A stretch of 64,000 nt of DNA from Bacteroidota bacterium (GTDB taxonomy: Bacteria; Bacteroidota; Bacteroidia; Chitinophagales; Chitinophagaceae), in the NCBI GenBank assembly GCA_004292605.1, contig RDXK01000097.1:40863-104862 (forward strand), in the 5' to 3' direction. Each line of letters begins with the position of its first letter. The stretch's first letter is position 1. The notes under the pieces were generated by a model. That model was not told the origin of the DNA, ran no database searches, and saw only the letters and a program-made list of their open reading frames with translations. Below are positions 20,182 through 30,115 of this stretch, one piece after another. Made by a program: the position numbers and the translations under genes.

Positions 20182-21645
20182 CTAGTTACCAAAACGAGTC
20201 CAACCTTTGTACCAGTTGTTAAACTCACCCGCTGGGCCTACAGCTCCACGGAAAGTAACTGGAGTAATAAAACTATTGTTGGCCAACTTTGGATCAGCAA
20301 AGCTAAAACCATTGGTAATAGGGTTTGGTCCACCAGGAAAACCAGGAATATTTACGTTAGCAGATGCAAACGGACTGAAATCAGGGTTGTTATAATCGAA
20401 CGGACGAGTGTAACCCACCTGCTCATTGTTAGCCAAAATTTGGTTGTTAAAAAACGGCTGCATAAAATGGTTGCTAACTATTGCAGCAGAAGTACCAGTA
20501 GGTGGCGTAGCAGCGGCATAGTTAATAGGTATTGCACAGCCCGCAATCAAATTACCTCTAAAACGTATAGAACTATCGGTAACATTATTCCATGTGGCTT
20601 GACCACGACTATCATCAATCAACAAACCAGCAGGCCAGCCCATAAATACAGAGTTAAAAATAGAGATGGCTGAGTTTCTACGAATTTGAGCACCGCACAA
20701 ATACAAACTATTTCCAATATTAGAAGTAGTAGCACGTGGGCCAATAGCTGTAACGTTACTAAATACTGCCAAGGTTTTTGGTGTAGCCACAGTACCATTA
20801 GCATCGTTATCGCTTTCAAAAGCTTCACTACGGCTTACATCGGCAATACTACTATCACGTACTATCAAACCAAACTGAACAGTACCTCTGTAACCATTAT
20901 CGCTATCAAAATCGTCATCTTGTGTTTTGTAAGAAACTAGGTAACGGCAGTTAACTGTACCACCAAACCACTCAAACGCATCATCCTTTGCGTAAGATAC
21001 TTGCACATACTCCACTCGGGTACGGCTACCTACAGCAGCTAGTGTTAAACTATTAATTTCTTGGTCGGGGTTAAATGCATAACCTGCATAATCTATACGT
21101 ACATAACGCAATACACCAGAGCTGTCAGTAGCATCGGTACCACCTGCAATACCATCTCCAAAACTGTTGTTAACACCACCTTCTACAAGGAAGGTACCTG
21201 CACCTGCAGTAGAGGAACTATTTACAGGAGCACGGCCACAAATAACTATACCACCCCAGTCGCCACTACGTGGGTTAGGGCTTGCACTTGTAAAAACTAT
21301 GGGGGCAGTAGCAGTACCATTGGCTACAATTTTTGCACCTCTGGTAATTATCAAGGCTGCTACGTTAGCACCCGTAAAATTTCCTTTAATGGTAACACCA
21401 GGCTGTATAGTAAGCGTAGCATTGTTTACCATATAAGTTAAGCCATCAATAATATAATTGTTATTAGCAGTTAAGGTAAGGCTAGTATCAATTCTTCCAC
21501 GTAGTGTTATGGTTTGTCCACCACTACCGCCACCACTTGGTGGTTGTACTATTACCGTATTGTTGTTATCATCCACAATAATCTTTCTACAGCTAGTAGC
21601 TAAAGCACCTACGGCCACTAAAGAAAGTAAAAGAATCCTTTTCAT
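20182..21645 (-). CDS. Surface lipoprotein, beta-helix-like, partner of the upstream TonB-dependent receptor
   Basis: Lipobox MKRILLLSLVAVGALATSC. Gly/Asn/Thr-rich repetitive beta-strand sequence with motifs GDWGGIVI, DAFEWFGG and DDFDSDNGYRG. Lies 28 nt downstream of the receptor gene. Confidence 0.5.
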   Translation of the reverse strand: MKRILLLSLVAVGALATSCRKIIVDDNNNTVIVQPPSGGGSGGQTITLRGRIDTSLTLTANNNYIIDGLTYMVNNATLTIQPGVTIKGNFTGANVAALIITRGAKIVANGTATAPIVFTSASPNPRSGDWGGIVICGRAPVNSSSTAGAGTFLVEGGVNNSFGDGIAGGTDATDSSGVLRYVRIDYAGYAFNPDQEINSLTLAAVGSRTRVEYVQVSYAKDDAFEWFGGTVNCRYLVSYKTQDDDFDSDNGYRGTVQFGLIVRDSSIADVSRSEAFESDNDANGTVATPKTLAVFSNVTAIGPRATTSNIGNSLYLCGAQIRRNSAISIFNSVFMGWPAGLLIDDSRGQATWNNVTDSSIRFRGNLIAGCAIPINYAAATPPTGTSAAIVSNHFMQPFFNNQILANNEQVGYTRPFDYNNPDFSPFASANVNIPGFPGGPNPITNGFSFADPKLANNSFITPVTFRGAVGPAGEFNNWYKGWTRFGN

Positions 21646-21673
21646 TTGTATTGTTTTAAAAATTTATATATTA

Positions 21674-24484
21674 TTATCTGATGTTATAAGAAAATGTAAG
21701 GTTGAACGTAGTACCAAAACGGCGAGAGAATCTATCCACATCTACCGATTTATTTCTGGTATTGTTACCATCTAAATTTTGATAAAAGAACAAGCGTTGG
21801 TTAAATATATCCTGAACGTTCAGGCGTATTTCACCTTTATTTTGGATTACTTTTTTAGCCACTTGAAAATCTAACAATGGGCGTGAAGCTTCCCAGATAT
21901 CTGGTACCTGATCGTTACCTACTAAGTAAATACGCTGACCCACTTGGTTAAATAAAACCGTCATGTTTAAACCTAGTTTTTCTACATCGTACAATAAACC
22001 AGCGTTTACCACATAAGGGCTTTGGCCTTGCATAGGTCGGTTTCTTAGCAATCCAGCCGCTGCAAGAGCATCATCCTGAATTTTACTTTGTATTACAGAA
22101 ATATTAGATTGGAAAGTGAAATTTTTCAACCCAATACCTTCTAATTTTTTCCTTACTTCAAGCTCAGCACCAAATGCATTGGCGGCTTGTGGGTTTGTGT
22201 AAAAAAATGTACTAGCACCACCACCCGCTACCACAAACACTTGCTCTATAGGGTTTTGAAAGTTTTTATAAAACACACCAAAGTTGATGGTTTCGCCAGC
22301 ATTAGGGTAAAGCTCGTAGCGTAAATCTAAGTTGGTTACTTTGGTTCTTTTCAAAGTAGGTGAACCTTGTACAGCAGCGTTCAATTCAAAATCGTAGAAC
22401 TCAAAAGTAGCTAACTCCCTAAACTCCGGACGAACCACTGTTTGCGAAGCACTGAAACGAATATTGGTTTTTTGTGTTAGCTTATAAGTAGCATTTAAAC
22501 CAGGTAAAATATCTCTTACACGTGAGTAGCTATGTCGGCTATCGCTTGTTTTTTGGCTACCTACCAATTGGTCAAAATCTTCTAGCCTAGCACCCCAAAC
22601 CAAACGTAATTTATCGCTTACTTGATTATCGAACTGTATGTAAGCAGCATTTAAAATGCTATTGGCCATGTATCTAAAACGGTTACCGCGGATAGCATCA
22701 AAATATAGTTTTCCAGGCTCGGCAGTAGCGGAAAAATTGGCTGCACTAAATGCCATCTCCGGTGTCATGCGTATAAGCGAAGGATTGTTACCAATTAACC
22801 CAATAGAAAACGGAGTAGCATCAAACAATCTATCTCTTACTTGGAACAAATAACCAGCTTTTACGGTTTGTGTTCTACCCTTCCAAGTAAAGTTTCTACT
22901 TACATCGCCGCCTGCTGTATAAATATACTCATTAAGCATTTGTGTAAATCGGTTACCGCTACGTTGGCTAAGTACATCGCTTATCAGCATTTCATAAGGC
23001 TGGCTAGGTACTGCATTGCTTTTGCGATATAGTATCCGGCGCTGATCGGGCTGGTAACCATCCAAAATACTAAAGGAACCGTACCACTTAACCCGTAGTT
23101 TTTGTGTAGGTAAAAAGTGTTCTCCAATAATTTGATTAGTCCAAAATATATTCTGCTGAAAAGCTAATTCATTGCCTCTTACACTATCTAGCGGTGTGGT
23201 ACCAAAGTTTTCTACGCCGCTTCTGCGGTTCACATAGTTATTGGTGTTAACGTTAAAAATAGTTTTATAACTAATTTTATTGTTATTGTTCAGTTGCATA
23301 GTAAAATTACCTAATGCACCCCACAATACATCGGTGTTGTATTTATCATCGTTATAATCAAAATCTATCGATGCTGTACCACCACCACCAAAGTTAAACT
23401 GGCGGTTAGTTAACTGTAAATAACGGTTAGATCGGCTGTAGCTGATACCTAAGCTACCACCCACTTTTTTACCAAAAAGAGTGCTAGCAAAACCACCAGA
23501 AATTTGAAAACTATGGTTAATAGGTGTACCTAAACGCTGTGGACTCCACACGTTTTGCATATCAAAACCTACAGCGTTTTTGGTGGCTTGGTTACTGTTA
23601 TCAAAAGTGCTTTTGTTAATAAAACTTGCAGGCAATGCACGGGTACCATCATCTAAACCAAAAGCATCGTACTTACCGCCTTGGTAGCCCCAAAAATCGT
23701 TAGCAACGGCTTGGGTGTTAAAACCAGTACCTACTTGCACATTTAAAAATCCTTTGGAAGGAATATCACGGGTGTTTACTTGCACCAAACCACCGGCCCA
23801 GTCGCCCGTCATTTCTGGTACAAAGGCTTTGTTAATAATTATATTGTCAATCATTCCAGAAGGAATCATATCAAAAGCAAAGGTTTTTCTGTCGGGCTCT
23901 GTACTTGTTAACGGTACACCATTTAAAAGGGCGGCATTGTATCTATCACTCAAACCACGTACCACTAAAAATTTACCATCTACAATACTTGCACCCGGCA
24001 CACGCTTTAAAACCTCACCAGTATTTTTATCGGGTGAGCGGCGAATAGCCTCAGCCGATATTACAGAAGCAACGGTATTTGTATTTTTTTGAAATTGAAT
24101 AATAGAAGCAGTGGTTTCCTTTTTGGCTGAACTAGCTTTAACGGTAACACCATCTAACACTTTAGAGGCATTTTCTAAACTAAACTGAACCTCCTCCACA
24201 CCGCCACGGGTTACCGCAACATCTTCAATAGTTTTGGTTTTAAAACCCAGTGCAGTAATAGTTAAACTGTATCTGCCTGGCTGTACGGTTAACGTAAACC
24301 TGCCCTCAATATCGGTAGCGGTTCCTGCTTTACCGTTTACTATTTTAACGGTAGCACCTGCCACAGGCATATTGTTACCATCTAGCACCTTGCCCGAAAT
24401 TTTACCAGTTTGGGCAAAACCCAATTGGGCTGTGAATAAAAAGGTAAGAAGCAAAAATTGTTTGACGCCTAAAAATCGGGGCAT
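21674..24484 (-). CDS. TonB-dependent receptor with N-terminal CarboxypepD_reg domain
   Basis: Signal peptide, then GKISGKVLDGNNMPVAGATVKIV (carboxypeptidase-regulatory-like), a plug region, and a long beta-barrel ending ...FNLTFSYNIR. Confidence 0.85.
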   Translation of the reverse strand: MPRFLGVKQFLLLTFLFTAQLGFAQTGKISGKVLDGNNMPVAGATVKIVNGKAGTATDIEGRFTLTVQPGRYSLTITALGFKTKTIEDVAVTRGGVEEVQFSLENASKVLDGVTVKASSAKKETTASIIQFQKNTNTVASVISAEAIRRSPDKNTGEVLKRVPGASIVDGKFLVVRGLSDRYNAALLNGVPLTSTEPDRKTFAFDMIPSGMIDNIIINKAFVPEMTGDWAGGLVQVNTRDIPSKGFLNVQVGTGFNTQAVANDFWGYQGGKYDAFGLDDGTRALPASFINKSTFDNSNQATKNAVGFDMQNVWSPQRLGTPINHSFQISGGFASTLFGKKVGGSLGISYSRSNRYLQLTNRQFNFGGGGTASIDFDYNDDKYNTDVLWGALGNFTMQLNNNNKISYKTIFNVNTNNYVNRRSGVENFGTTPLDSVRGNELAFQQNIFWTNQIIGEHFLPTQKLRVKWYGSFSILDGYQPDQRRILYRKSNAVPSQPYEMLISDVLSQRSGNRFTQMLNEYIYTAGGDVSRNFTWKGRTQTVKAGYLFQVRDRLFDATPFSIGLIGNNPSLIRMTPEMAFSAANFSATAEPGKLYFDAIRGNRFRYMANSILNAAYIQFDNQVSDKLRLVWGARLEDFDQLVGSQKTSDSRHSYSRVRDILPGLNATYKLTQKTNIRFSASQTVVRPEFRELATFEFYDFELNAAVQGSPTLKRTKVTNLDLRYELYPNAGETINFGVFYKNFQNPIEQVFVVAGGGASTFFYTNPQAANAFGAELEVRKKLEGIGLKNFTFQSNISVIQSKIQDDALAAAGLLRNRPMQGQSPYVVNAGLLYDVEKLGLNMTVLFNQVGQRIYLVGNDQVPDIWEASRPLLDFQVAKKVIQNKGEIRLNVQDIFNQRLFFYQNLDGNNTRNKSVDVDRFSRRFGTTFNLTFSYNIR

Positions 24485-24688
24485 GACTAGTTATTTTTTC
24501 GAGGGCAAAAGTATCCGTGGTGCATTAAGGAATTGTTAACACACAATTACCTAGATGTTAACCTTTGCGGATTTCTGAGCCCATTTGCTAGCGTTTATGC
24601 CAGTTTTTGAATGTTATGTAATTATTAATTACAGGTTTTGCACCACTCTCAGCATTTTGTAAACTATTTTCGCCGAAACTTTATACAC

Positions 24689-25336
24689 ATGGGATTGAAT
24701 AGTATAGGTAAGCTTTTCATGCCAAAGAATACCATTTTCTACGAATTGTTTGAAGATGTAGCCAAAACGGTGGAAGCAATGGGTAAAGCCCTAAACCAAC
24801 TGGTAAATGAAAGCGATGTAGATAAACGTGCTGCCATAGCCAAAACCATAGAAGATTTAGAACACCGGAACGATGACCATACCCATAAATTATTTACCGA
24901 ACTGGGTAGAAACTTTATTACCCCTTTTGATAGGGAAGATATTCACTACTTAGCTAGTGCCTTGGATGATATTTGCGATTATATATACTCCTCCTCCAAA
25001 AAAATAAATTTTTACCGCGTTAACCCTAACGATACAGGTATTATTAAAATGGCGGAACTAATACAGCAGGGCTGTGAGCAAACGGCCGTAGCGGTAATGG
25101 GTTTACGTAATATGAAAAACTTACGTGCTATGACGGAGGCAATGGTAAAAATAAACAGTATAGAAAACCAAGCCGATGATGTGTTTGATATGAGTATAGA
25201 ACGCCTATTTGCCGGCGAAGCCACTGCCAAAGAATTAATTATTAAACGCGAAATTTATCAGGTAATGGAAACCGCTACCGATAAGTGTGAAGATGCAGCT
25301 AATGTTATAGAAAGCATTATTGTAAAATACGCCTAG
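24689..25336 (+). CDS. DUF47 / PhoU-like phosphate transport regulator
   Basis: ORF trimmed to the ATG at 24689. The FYELFEDVAKTV start and position immediately upstream of a PiT transporter are the usual DUF47-PiT pairing. Confidence 0.75.
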   Translation: MGLNSIGKLFMPKNTIFYELFEDVAKTVEAMGKALNQLVNESDVDKRAAIAKTIEDLEHRNDDHTHKLFTELGRNFITPFDREDIHYLASALDDICDYIYSSSKKINFYRVNPNDTGIIKMAELIQQGCEQTAVAVMGLRNMKNLRAMTEAMVKINSIENQADDVFDMSIERLFAGEATAKELIIKREIYQVMETATDKCEDAANVIESIIVKYA

Positions 25337-25376
25337 TACAGGCTGGTTTGTATTTAAAGGCCCTAAAACAGTTTGC

Positions 25377-26441
25377 ATGTTTACCCTATTAATAGTTATT
25401 ATAGTTCTCTCTTTTATATTCGATTATATCAATGGCTTTCATGATGCTGCTAACTCTATAGCCACCATAGTATCTACCAAGGTTTTAACCCCTTTTCAGG
25501 CGGTACTTTGGGCAGCGGTTTTTAATTTTATCGCCTTTTTTATATCCAAATATTTAATCGGTCATTTTGGTATTGGCGAAACGGTTAGCAAATGGGTTGA
25601 TCCTCATTTTATTACTTTACAAGTATTATTAGCCGGTATTAGTGCCGCTATTATTTGGAACCTGATTACATGGTGGTTTGGTATACCTAGCAGCTCATCG
25701 CATACACTTATGGGTGGTTTTATTGGGGCAGCATTGGCCCATGCCGGTGCCTTAAGTGCCGATGGCCATGATGTAATTAACTATGCCAAAGTAATACCTA
25801 CTTTTTTATTCATATTTCTTGCACCATTAATAGGGTTGCTAATAGCTTTTGCCATTACTATTTTAATTATCCATTTGTGCAAACGCTCTAACCCTTACAA
25901 GGCAGAGAATTGGTTCAAAAAACTACAGCTAGTTTCTAGTGCTGCGTTTAGCATAGGCCACGGTGGAAACGATGCCCAGAAAGTAATGGGTATTATAGGT
26001 GCAGCAGTAATTTACTATGAAATGCAAATGGGTAACCCAGAGTATACTATGCTAGCCAAAACAGAAAGGTTTAACCACTTTGTAAACGATTATTGGTGGG
26101 TACCCATCTCTAGCTTTTTAGCCATAGGTTTAGGCACTTTAAGTGGTGGGTGGAAGATAGTAAAAACCATGGGTACCAAAATTACGAAAGTAACTCCGCT
26201 GGAAGGAGTAGCCGCTGAAACGGCGGGCGCCATCACACTATTTTTAACCGAGCATTTTAAAATACCCGTTTCTACTACCCATACCATCACAGGTTCTATT
26301 ATAGGTGTGGGTGCTACCAAACGTTTAAGTGCGGTACGCTGGGGTGTAACAGTAGGCTTATTGTGGGCCTGGATCATAACCATACCTATTTCAGCCGTAA
26401 TGGCGGCTATTATTTATTACTTGGTTAGCCTATTTTTTTAA
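25377..26441 (+). CDS. Inorganic phosphate transporter, PiT family
   Basis: GFHDAANSIAT and GGNDAQK signature repeats. Polytopic membrane protein. Confidence 0.9.
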   Translation: MFTLLIVIIVLSFIFDYINGFHDAANSIATIVSTKVLTPFQAVLWAAVFNFIAFFISKYLIGHFGIGETVSKWVDPHFITLQVLLAGISAAIIWNLITWWFGIPSSSSHTLMGGFIGAALAHAGALSADGHDVINYAKVIPTFLFIFLAPLIGLLIAFAITILIIHLCKRSNPYKAENWFKKLQLVSSAAFSIGHGGNDAQKVMGIIGAAVIYYEMQMGNPEYTMLAKTERFNHFVNDYWWVPISSFLAIGLGTLSGGWKIVKTMGTKITKVTPLEGVAAETAGAITLFLTEHFKIPVSTTHTITGSIIGVGATKRLSAVRWGVTVGLLWAWIITIPISAVMAAIIYYLVSLFF

Positions 26442-26482
26442 GTTAGTTTAGTGCTATTCATTTATTTACAAAGGTTGTACAC

Positions 26483-27538
26483 ATGGCAAAAATTTTAGTT
26501 ACCGGTGGCTGTGGCTTCATAGGTTCACACACCGTGGTTGATTTATTTGAACACGGTTTTGATGTAATTTCTATCGACGATAATTCTAGAAGCACCACTT
26601 ACTTGATAGATGGTATTGAAAAAATTACCGGAAAAAAACTCAAAAACTATAAAGTAGATTTAAAAAACTTTGATGAAACACAAGCGGTTTTTGAGGAGAA
26701 TAAAGATATTGTAGGTGTTATTCATTTTGCTGCCTACAAAGCGGTAGGTGAAAGCGTGGCCATGCCGCTAGAATACTATGAAAACAATATGTTTGGGCTG
26801 ATTAACTTGCTAAAATGTATTAGAGATTATCATATTCAAAACTTTGTATTCTCTAGCTCCTGCACCGTATACGGCAACCCAGATGCTATACCCGTTACGG
26901 AGAAAAGCCCTACTAAGAAAGCGGAAAGTCCGTACGGAGCTACCAAACAAATGGGCGAAGTAGTAATAGAAGATTTTACCAAAGCCCATGGCGGAAAAAG
27001 TATTTTACTACGCTACTTTAACCCCGTAGGTGCTCATCCTACCAATCATTTAGGCGAATTACCGCTGGGTAAACCACAAAATTTAGTACCTGCTATTACA
27101 CAGTTTGCCATTGGTAAATTGCCTAGTTTCTCCGTTTGGGGAACCGATTATGATACCAGAGATGGTAGCTGTATAAGAGATTATATTCATGTATGCGATA
27201 TTGCTAGGGCACACACTTTAGCCCTACAGTATATGCTGGAAAACAGGAACGAAAGCAATCTTGAAATTTTTAACCTTGGTACAGGCAATGGTGTTACAGT
27301 GTTAGAAGCTATTAAAGCATTTGAAACCGCTAGTGGCACCCAACTAAATTACCAAGTGGGTCCACGCCGCCCGGGCGATGTAGTGGCTATTTATGCCAAT
27401 AACAACCATGTAGTAGAAAAACTAGGCTGGGTAATAGAACACGATATTTTAAGCATGATGAAAACTGCTTGGGCTTGGGAACAAAAGGTAAAGCAGGATG
27501 AACAATTGATGCTATCGCAAAATGGAAACCTCAACTAA
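26483..27538 (+). CDS. galE: UDP-glucose 4-epimerase
   Basis: GGCGFIGSH NAD-binding motif, SSS..VYG, and YGATK (YxxxK). Confidence 0.85.
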   Translation: MAKILVTGGCGFIGSHTVVDLFEHGFDVISIDDNSRSTTYLIDGIEKITGKKLKNYKVDLKNFDETQAVFEENKDIVGVIHFAAYKAVGESVAMPLEYYENNMFGLINLLKCIRDYHIQNFVFSSSCTVYGNPDAIPVTEKSPTKKAESPYGATKQMGEVVIEDFTKAHGGKSILLRYFNPVGAHPTNHLGELPLGKPQNLVPAITQFAIGKLPSFSVWGTDYDTRDGSCIRDYIHVCDIARAHTLALQYMLENRNESNLEIFNLGTGNGVTVLEAIKAFETASGTQLNYQVGPRRPGDVVAIYANNNHVVEKLGWVIEHDILSMMKTAWAWEQKVKQDEQLMLSQNGNLN

Positions 27539-27568
27539 TTTTACTAAATAGTTGCTTAACTTTCACCA

Positions 27569-27602
27569 ACCAGTTTACTTAGGTAACTGGTTTTTATTTT
27601 TT
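27569..27602 (+). terminator. Rho-independent terminator after galE
   Basis: ACCAGTT-TACTTAGGT-AACTGGT followed by TTTTATTTTTT. Confidence 0.55.
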
Positions 27603-27616
27603 ATAAAACTTACCAA

Positions 27617-29029
27617 ATGAGTAACCAAACACGTTTCGAACACGATTTTTTAGGCGAGAAGGAAATTCCAAATTCGGCATACTATGGTATTCAAACCCTG
27701 CGTGCCAAAGAAAATTTTGATATCACGGGTATACCCATTAGTTCTGAACCACTTTTTATTCAAGCTTTTGGCTATGTAAAAAAAGCAGCCGCCTTAGCCA
27801 ATTACGATTGTGGTGTGCTCAGCAAAGAAATTACCGATGCCATTGTTTTTGCTTGCGATGAGCTTATTACTGGAAAATACAACCATGAGTTTATAAGCGA
27901 TTTAATTCAAGGTGGTGCCGGTACCAGCTGTAATATGAATGCCAATGAAGTAATAGCTAATATTGGTTTAGAATATTTAGGTAAACCCAAGGGGCAGTAC
28001 GATGATTTGCACCCCAATAACCATGTAAACTGTAGCCAAAGTACCAACGATGCTTACCCCACGGCATTTAGGTTAGCCCTGTACTTAAAAATTGAAACCT
28101 TTGTTCAAGCCCTCACCCATTTACAGCAAGCTTTTGCTGCAAAAGGAAAGGAATTTGCTCAAGTATTAAAAATGGGTAGAACACAGCTGCAAGATGCGGT
28201 ACCTATGACCCTAGGACAAGAGTTTCATGCCTTTGCCACCACCATAGGCGAGGATGTACTGCGTATGAAGGAAGCACAGCTACTAATTACAGAAGTAAAT
28301 ATGGGTGCCACTGCCATTGGCACGGGTGTAAATGCCCCACAAGGCTATGCACAAAAATGTGTGGCACATTTAGCCACGGTAAGCGGTATTCCGGTAACCC
28401 TAGCGGCCGATTTAATTGAAGCCACGTACGATACGGGTGCTTATGTGCAGCTGAGCGGCACTATGAAACGAGTAGCCGTAAAACTTAGTAAAATTTGTAA
28501 CGATTTACGTTTGCTAAGCAGTGGCCCACGCTGTGGCTTAAACGAGATAAACTTGCCACCTATGCAGCCCGGTTCATCCATCATGCCGGGTAAAGTAAAC
28601 CCTGTAATTCCCGAGGCTGTAAACCAAACTTGTTTTTATGTTATCGGGTCCGATTTAACCATTACCCTTGCCGCGGAAGCTGGTCAGTTACAATTAAACG
28701 TAATGGAACCTGTAATTGGTTTTAGCCTGTTTACTAGCTTGCAATACCTTACCAAAGCCATACATATGCTGGCCGATAAGTGTGTGGTAGGTATTACCGC
28801 CAATGCTAGCCACACTGCAGAAATGGTGATGCACAGCATAGGTATAGTTACCCAATTGAACCCAATTTTAGGATACGAAAAAAGTGCTGCCATAGCCAAG
28901 GAAGCATTGAAAACAGGTAAGTCGGTTCACCAAATAGTAGTTACTGAAAATCAATACATCACACAGGAAAAATGGGATGAAATTTATTCCATTGAAAACC
29001 TAATTAATCCTAAATTTATTAACCAATAA
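27617..29029 (+). CDS. aspA: Aspartate ammonia-lyase
   Basis: Fumarase/aspartase family with the GSSIMPGKVNP signature. 470 aa. Confidence 0.85.
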   Translation: MSNQTRFEHDFLGEKEIPNSAYYGIQTLRAKENFDITGIPISSEPLFIQAFGYVKKAAALANYDCGVLSKEITDAIVFACDELITGKYNHEFISDLIQGGAGTSCNMNANEVIANIGLEYLGKPKGQYDDLHPNNHVNCSQSTNDAYPTAFRLALYLKIETFVQALTHLQQAFAAKGKEFAQVLKMGRTQLQDAVPMTLGQEFHAFATTIGEDVLRMKEAQLLITEVNMGATAIGTGVNAPQGYAQKCVAHLATVSGIPVTLAADLIEATYDTGAYVQLSGTMKRVAVKLSKICNDLRLLSSGPRCGLNEINLPPMQPGSSIMPGKVNPVIPEAVNQTCFYVIGSDLTITLAAEAGQLQLNVMEPVIGFSLFTSLQYLTKAIHMLADKCVVGITANASHTAEMVMHSIGIVTQLNPILGYEKSAAIAKEALKTGKSVHQIVVTENQYITQEKWDEIYSIENLINPKFINQ

Positions 29030-29041
29030 AACCCAAACACA

Positions 29042-30106
29042 ATGTCGAAAATCCTATTCGCTTTTACCTTTTGCTGCTTATGCTTAGCAGGGTTTGCACA
29101 AACCGCCACCAGCGCCAAAAAACCAAGAATCATAATTTTAGCCACGGGTGGTACCATAGCTGGCGAAGGTGCCGCTGCCGACCGTGCTGGCTACACCGCC
29201 GGAAAAGTACCCATAGAGCAGTTGATAGGCACCATACCTACTATAAAAAATGTAGCCGATATTTCTGGTGAGCAAATAGCTAGTGTAGGTAGCCAAGATA
29301 TTACCATTGATATATGGTTAAAATTATATAATAGAATTAATGAAATTTTCGAGAAAAACGAAGCCGACGGTATTGTAATTACCCATGGTACCGATACACA
29401 AGAGGAAACAGGCTATTTTTTAGATTTAACCATCGCCTCTAAAAAGCCGGTAGTACTTACAGGTAGTATGCGACCATCAACCGCCATCAGCGCCGATGGA
29501 CCCAAAAACTTGTACGATGCTATTACCGTAGCCGCTAGCCCCAAAAGTTGGGGTAAAGGCGTGTTGGTATCGTTCAACGAAAGTATTTATGATGCTAGAG
29601 ATGTGGTGAAAACCAGCACCACTAAAGTAAACGGTTTCATGGCTCCAAACCTAGGGCCCTTAGGCCAAGTGTACGATGGCCATGTGGAATATTATTTACA
29701 AAGCCTACGAGAAGTAAACGTGGGCACACCGTTTAACCTAAAAGGTGTTACTAAATTACCTAAAGTAGAAATAGCGTATATGTATGCCGATGCTCCCGCT
29801 ACCGCCATTGATGCCTTTGCAGCAAGTGGTATTGATGGTTTGGTGATAGCTGGTGTAGGCAACGGAAACTTTAATAAGGCGTTTTATAATGGTGTAGACC
29901 GTGCCGTGAAAAAAGGCATCGTTACCGTACGCTCTAGCCGTATTATTAGTGGCCGTGTATTGCTAGAAGATGAAATAGACGATGCCAAACTTGGCACATT
30001 GGTATCCGACGATTTAAACCCACAAAAAGCCAGGGTATTACTAATGCTAGCTTTAACCCAAACCAAAAACAAGGCGGCCATACAAAAAATATTCTTTACC
30101 TATTAA
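29042..30106 (+). CDS. ansB: Periplasmic type II L-asparaginase
   Basis: Signal peptide, then ILATGGTIAG and HGTDT motifs. Confidence 0.9.
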   Translation: MSKILFAFTFCCLCLAGFAQTATSAKKPRIIILATGGTIAGEGAAADRAGYTAGKVPIEQLIGTIPTIKNVADISGEQIASVGSQDITIDIWLKLYNRINEIFEKNEADGIVITHGTDTQEETGYFLDLTIASKKPVVLTGSMRPSTAISADGPKNLYDAITVAASPKSWGKGVLVSFNESIYDARDVVKTSTTKVNGFMAPNLGPLGQVYDGHVEYYLQSLREVNVGTPFNLKGVTKLPKVEIAYMYADAPATAIDAFAASGIDGLVIAGVGNGNFNKAFYNGVDRAVKKGIVTVRSSRIISGRVLLEDEIDDAKLGTLVSDDLNPQKARVLLMLALTQTKNKAAIQKIFFTY

Positions 30107-30115
30107 TAGCCTTGT

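Noticed and set aside
24531-24562. AATTGT-TAACAC-ACAATT palindrome and a second GTTAAC in the divergent region between the TonB-dependent receptor and the DUF47-PiT genes. I considered it as a possible Pho-type operator.
   Set aside because: The arms are only 6 bp, and the sequence is AT-rich enough for this to occur by chance. I know of no Bacteroidota Pho-box consensus to compare it with.
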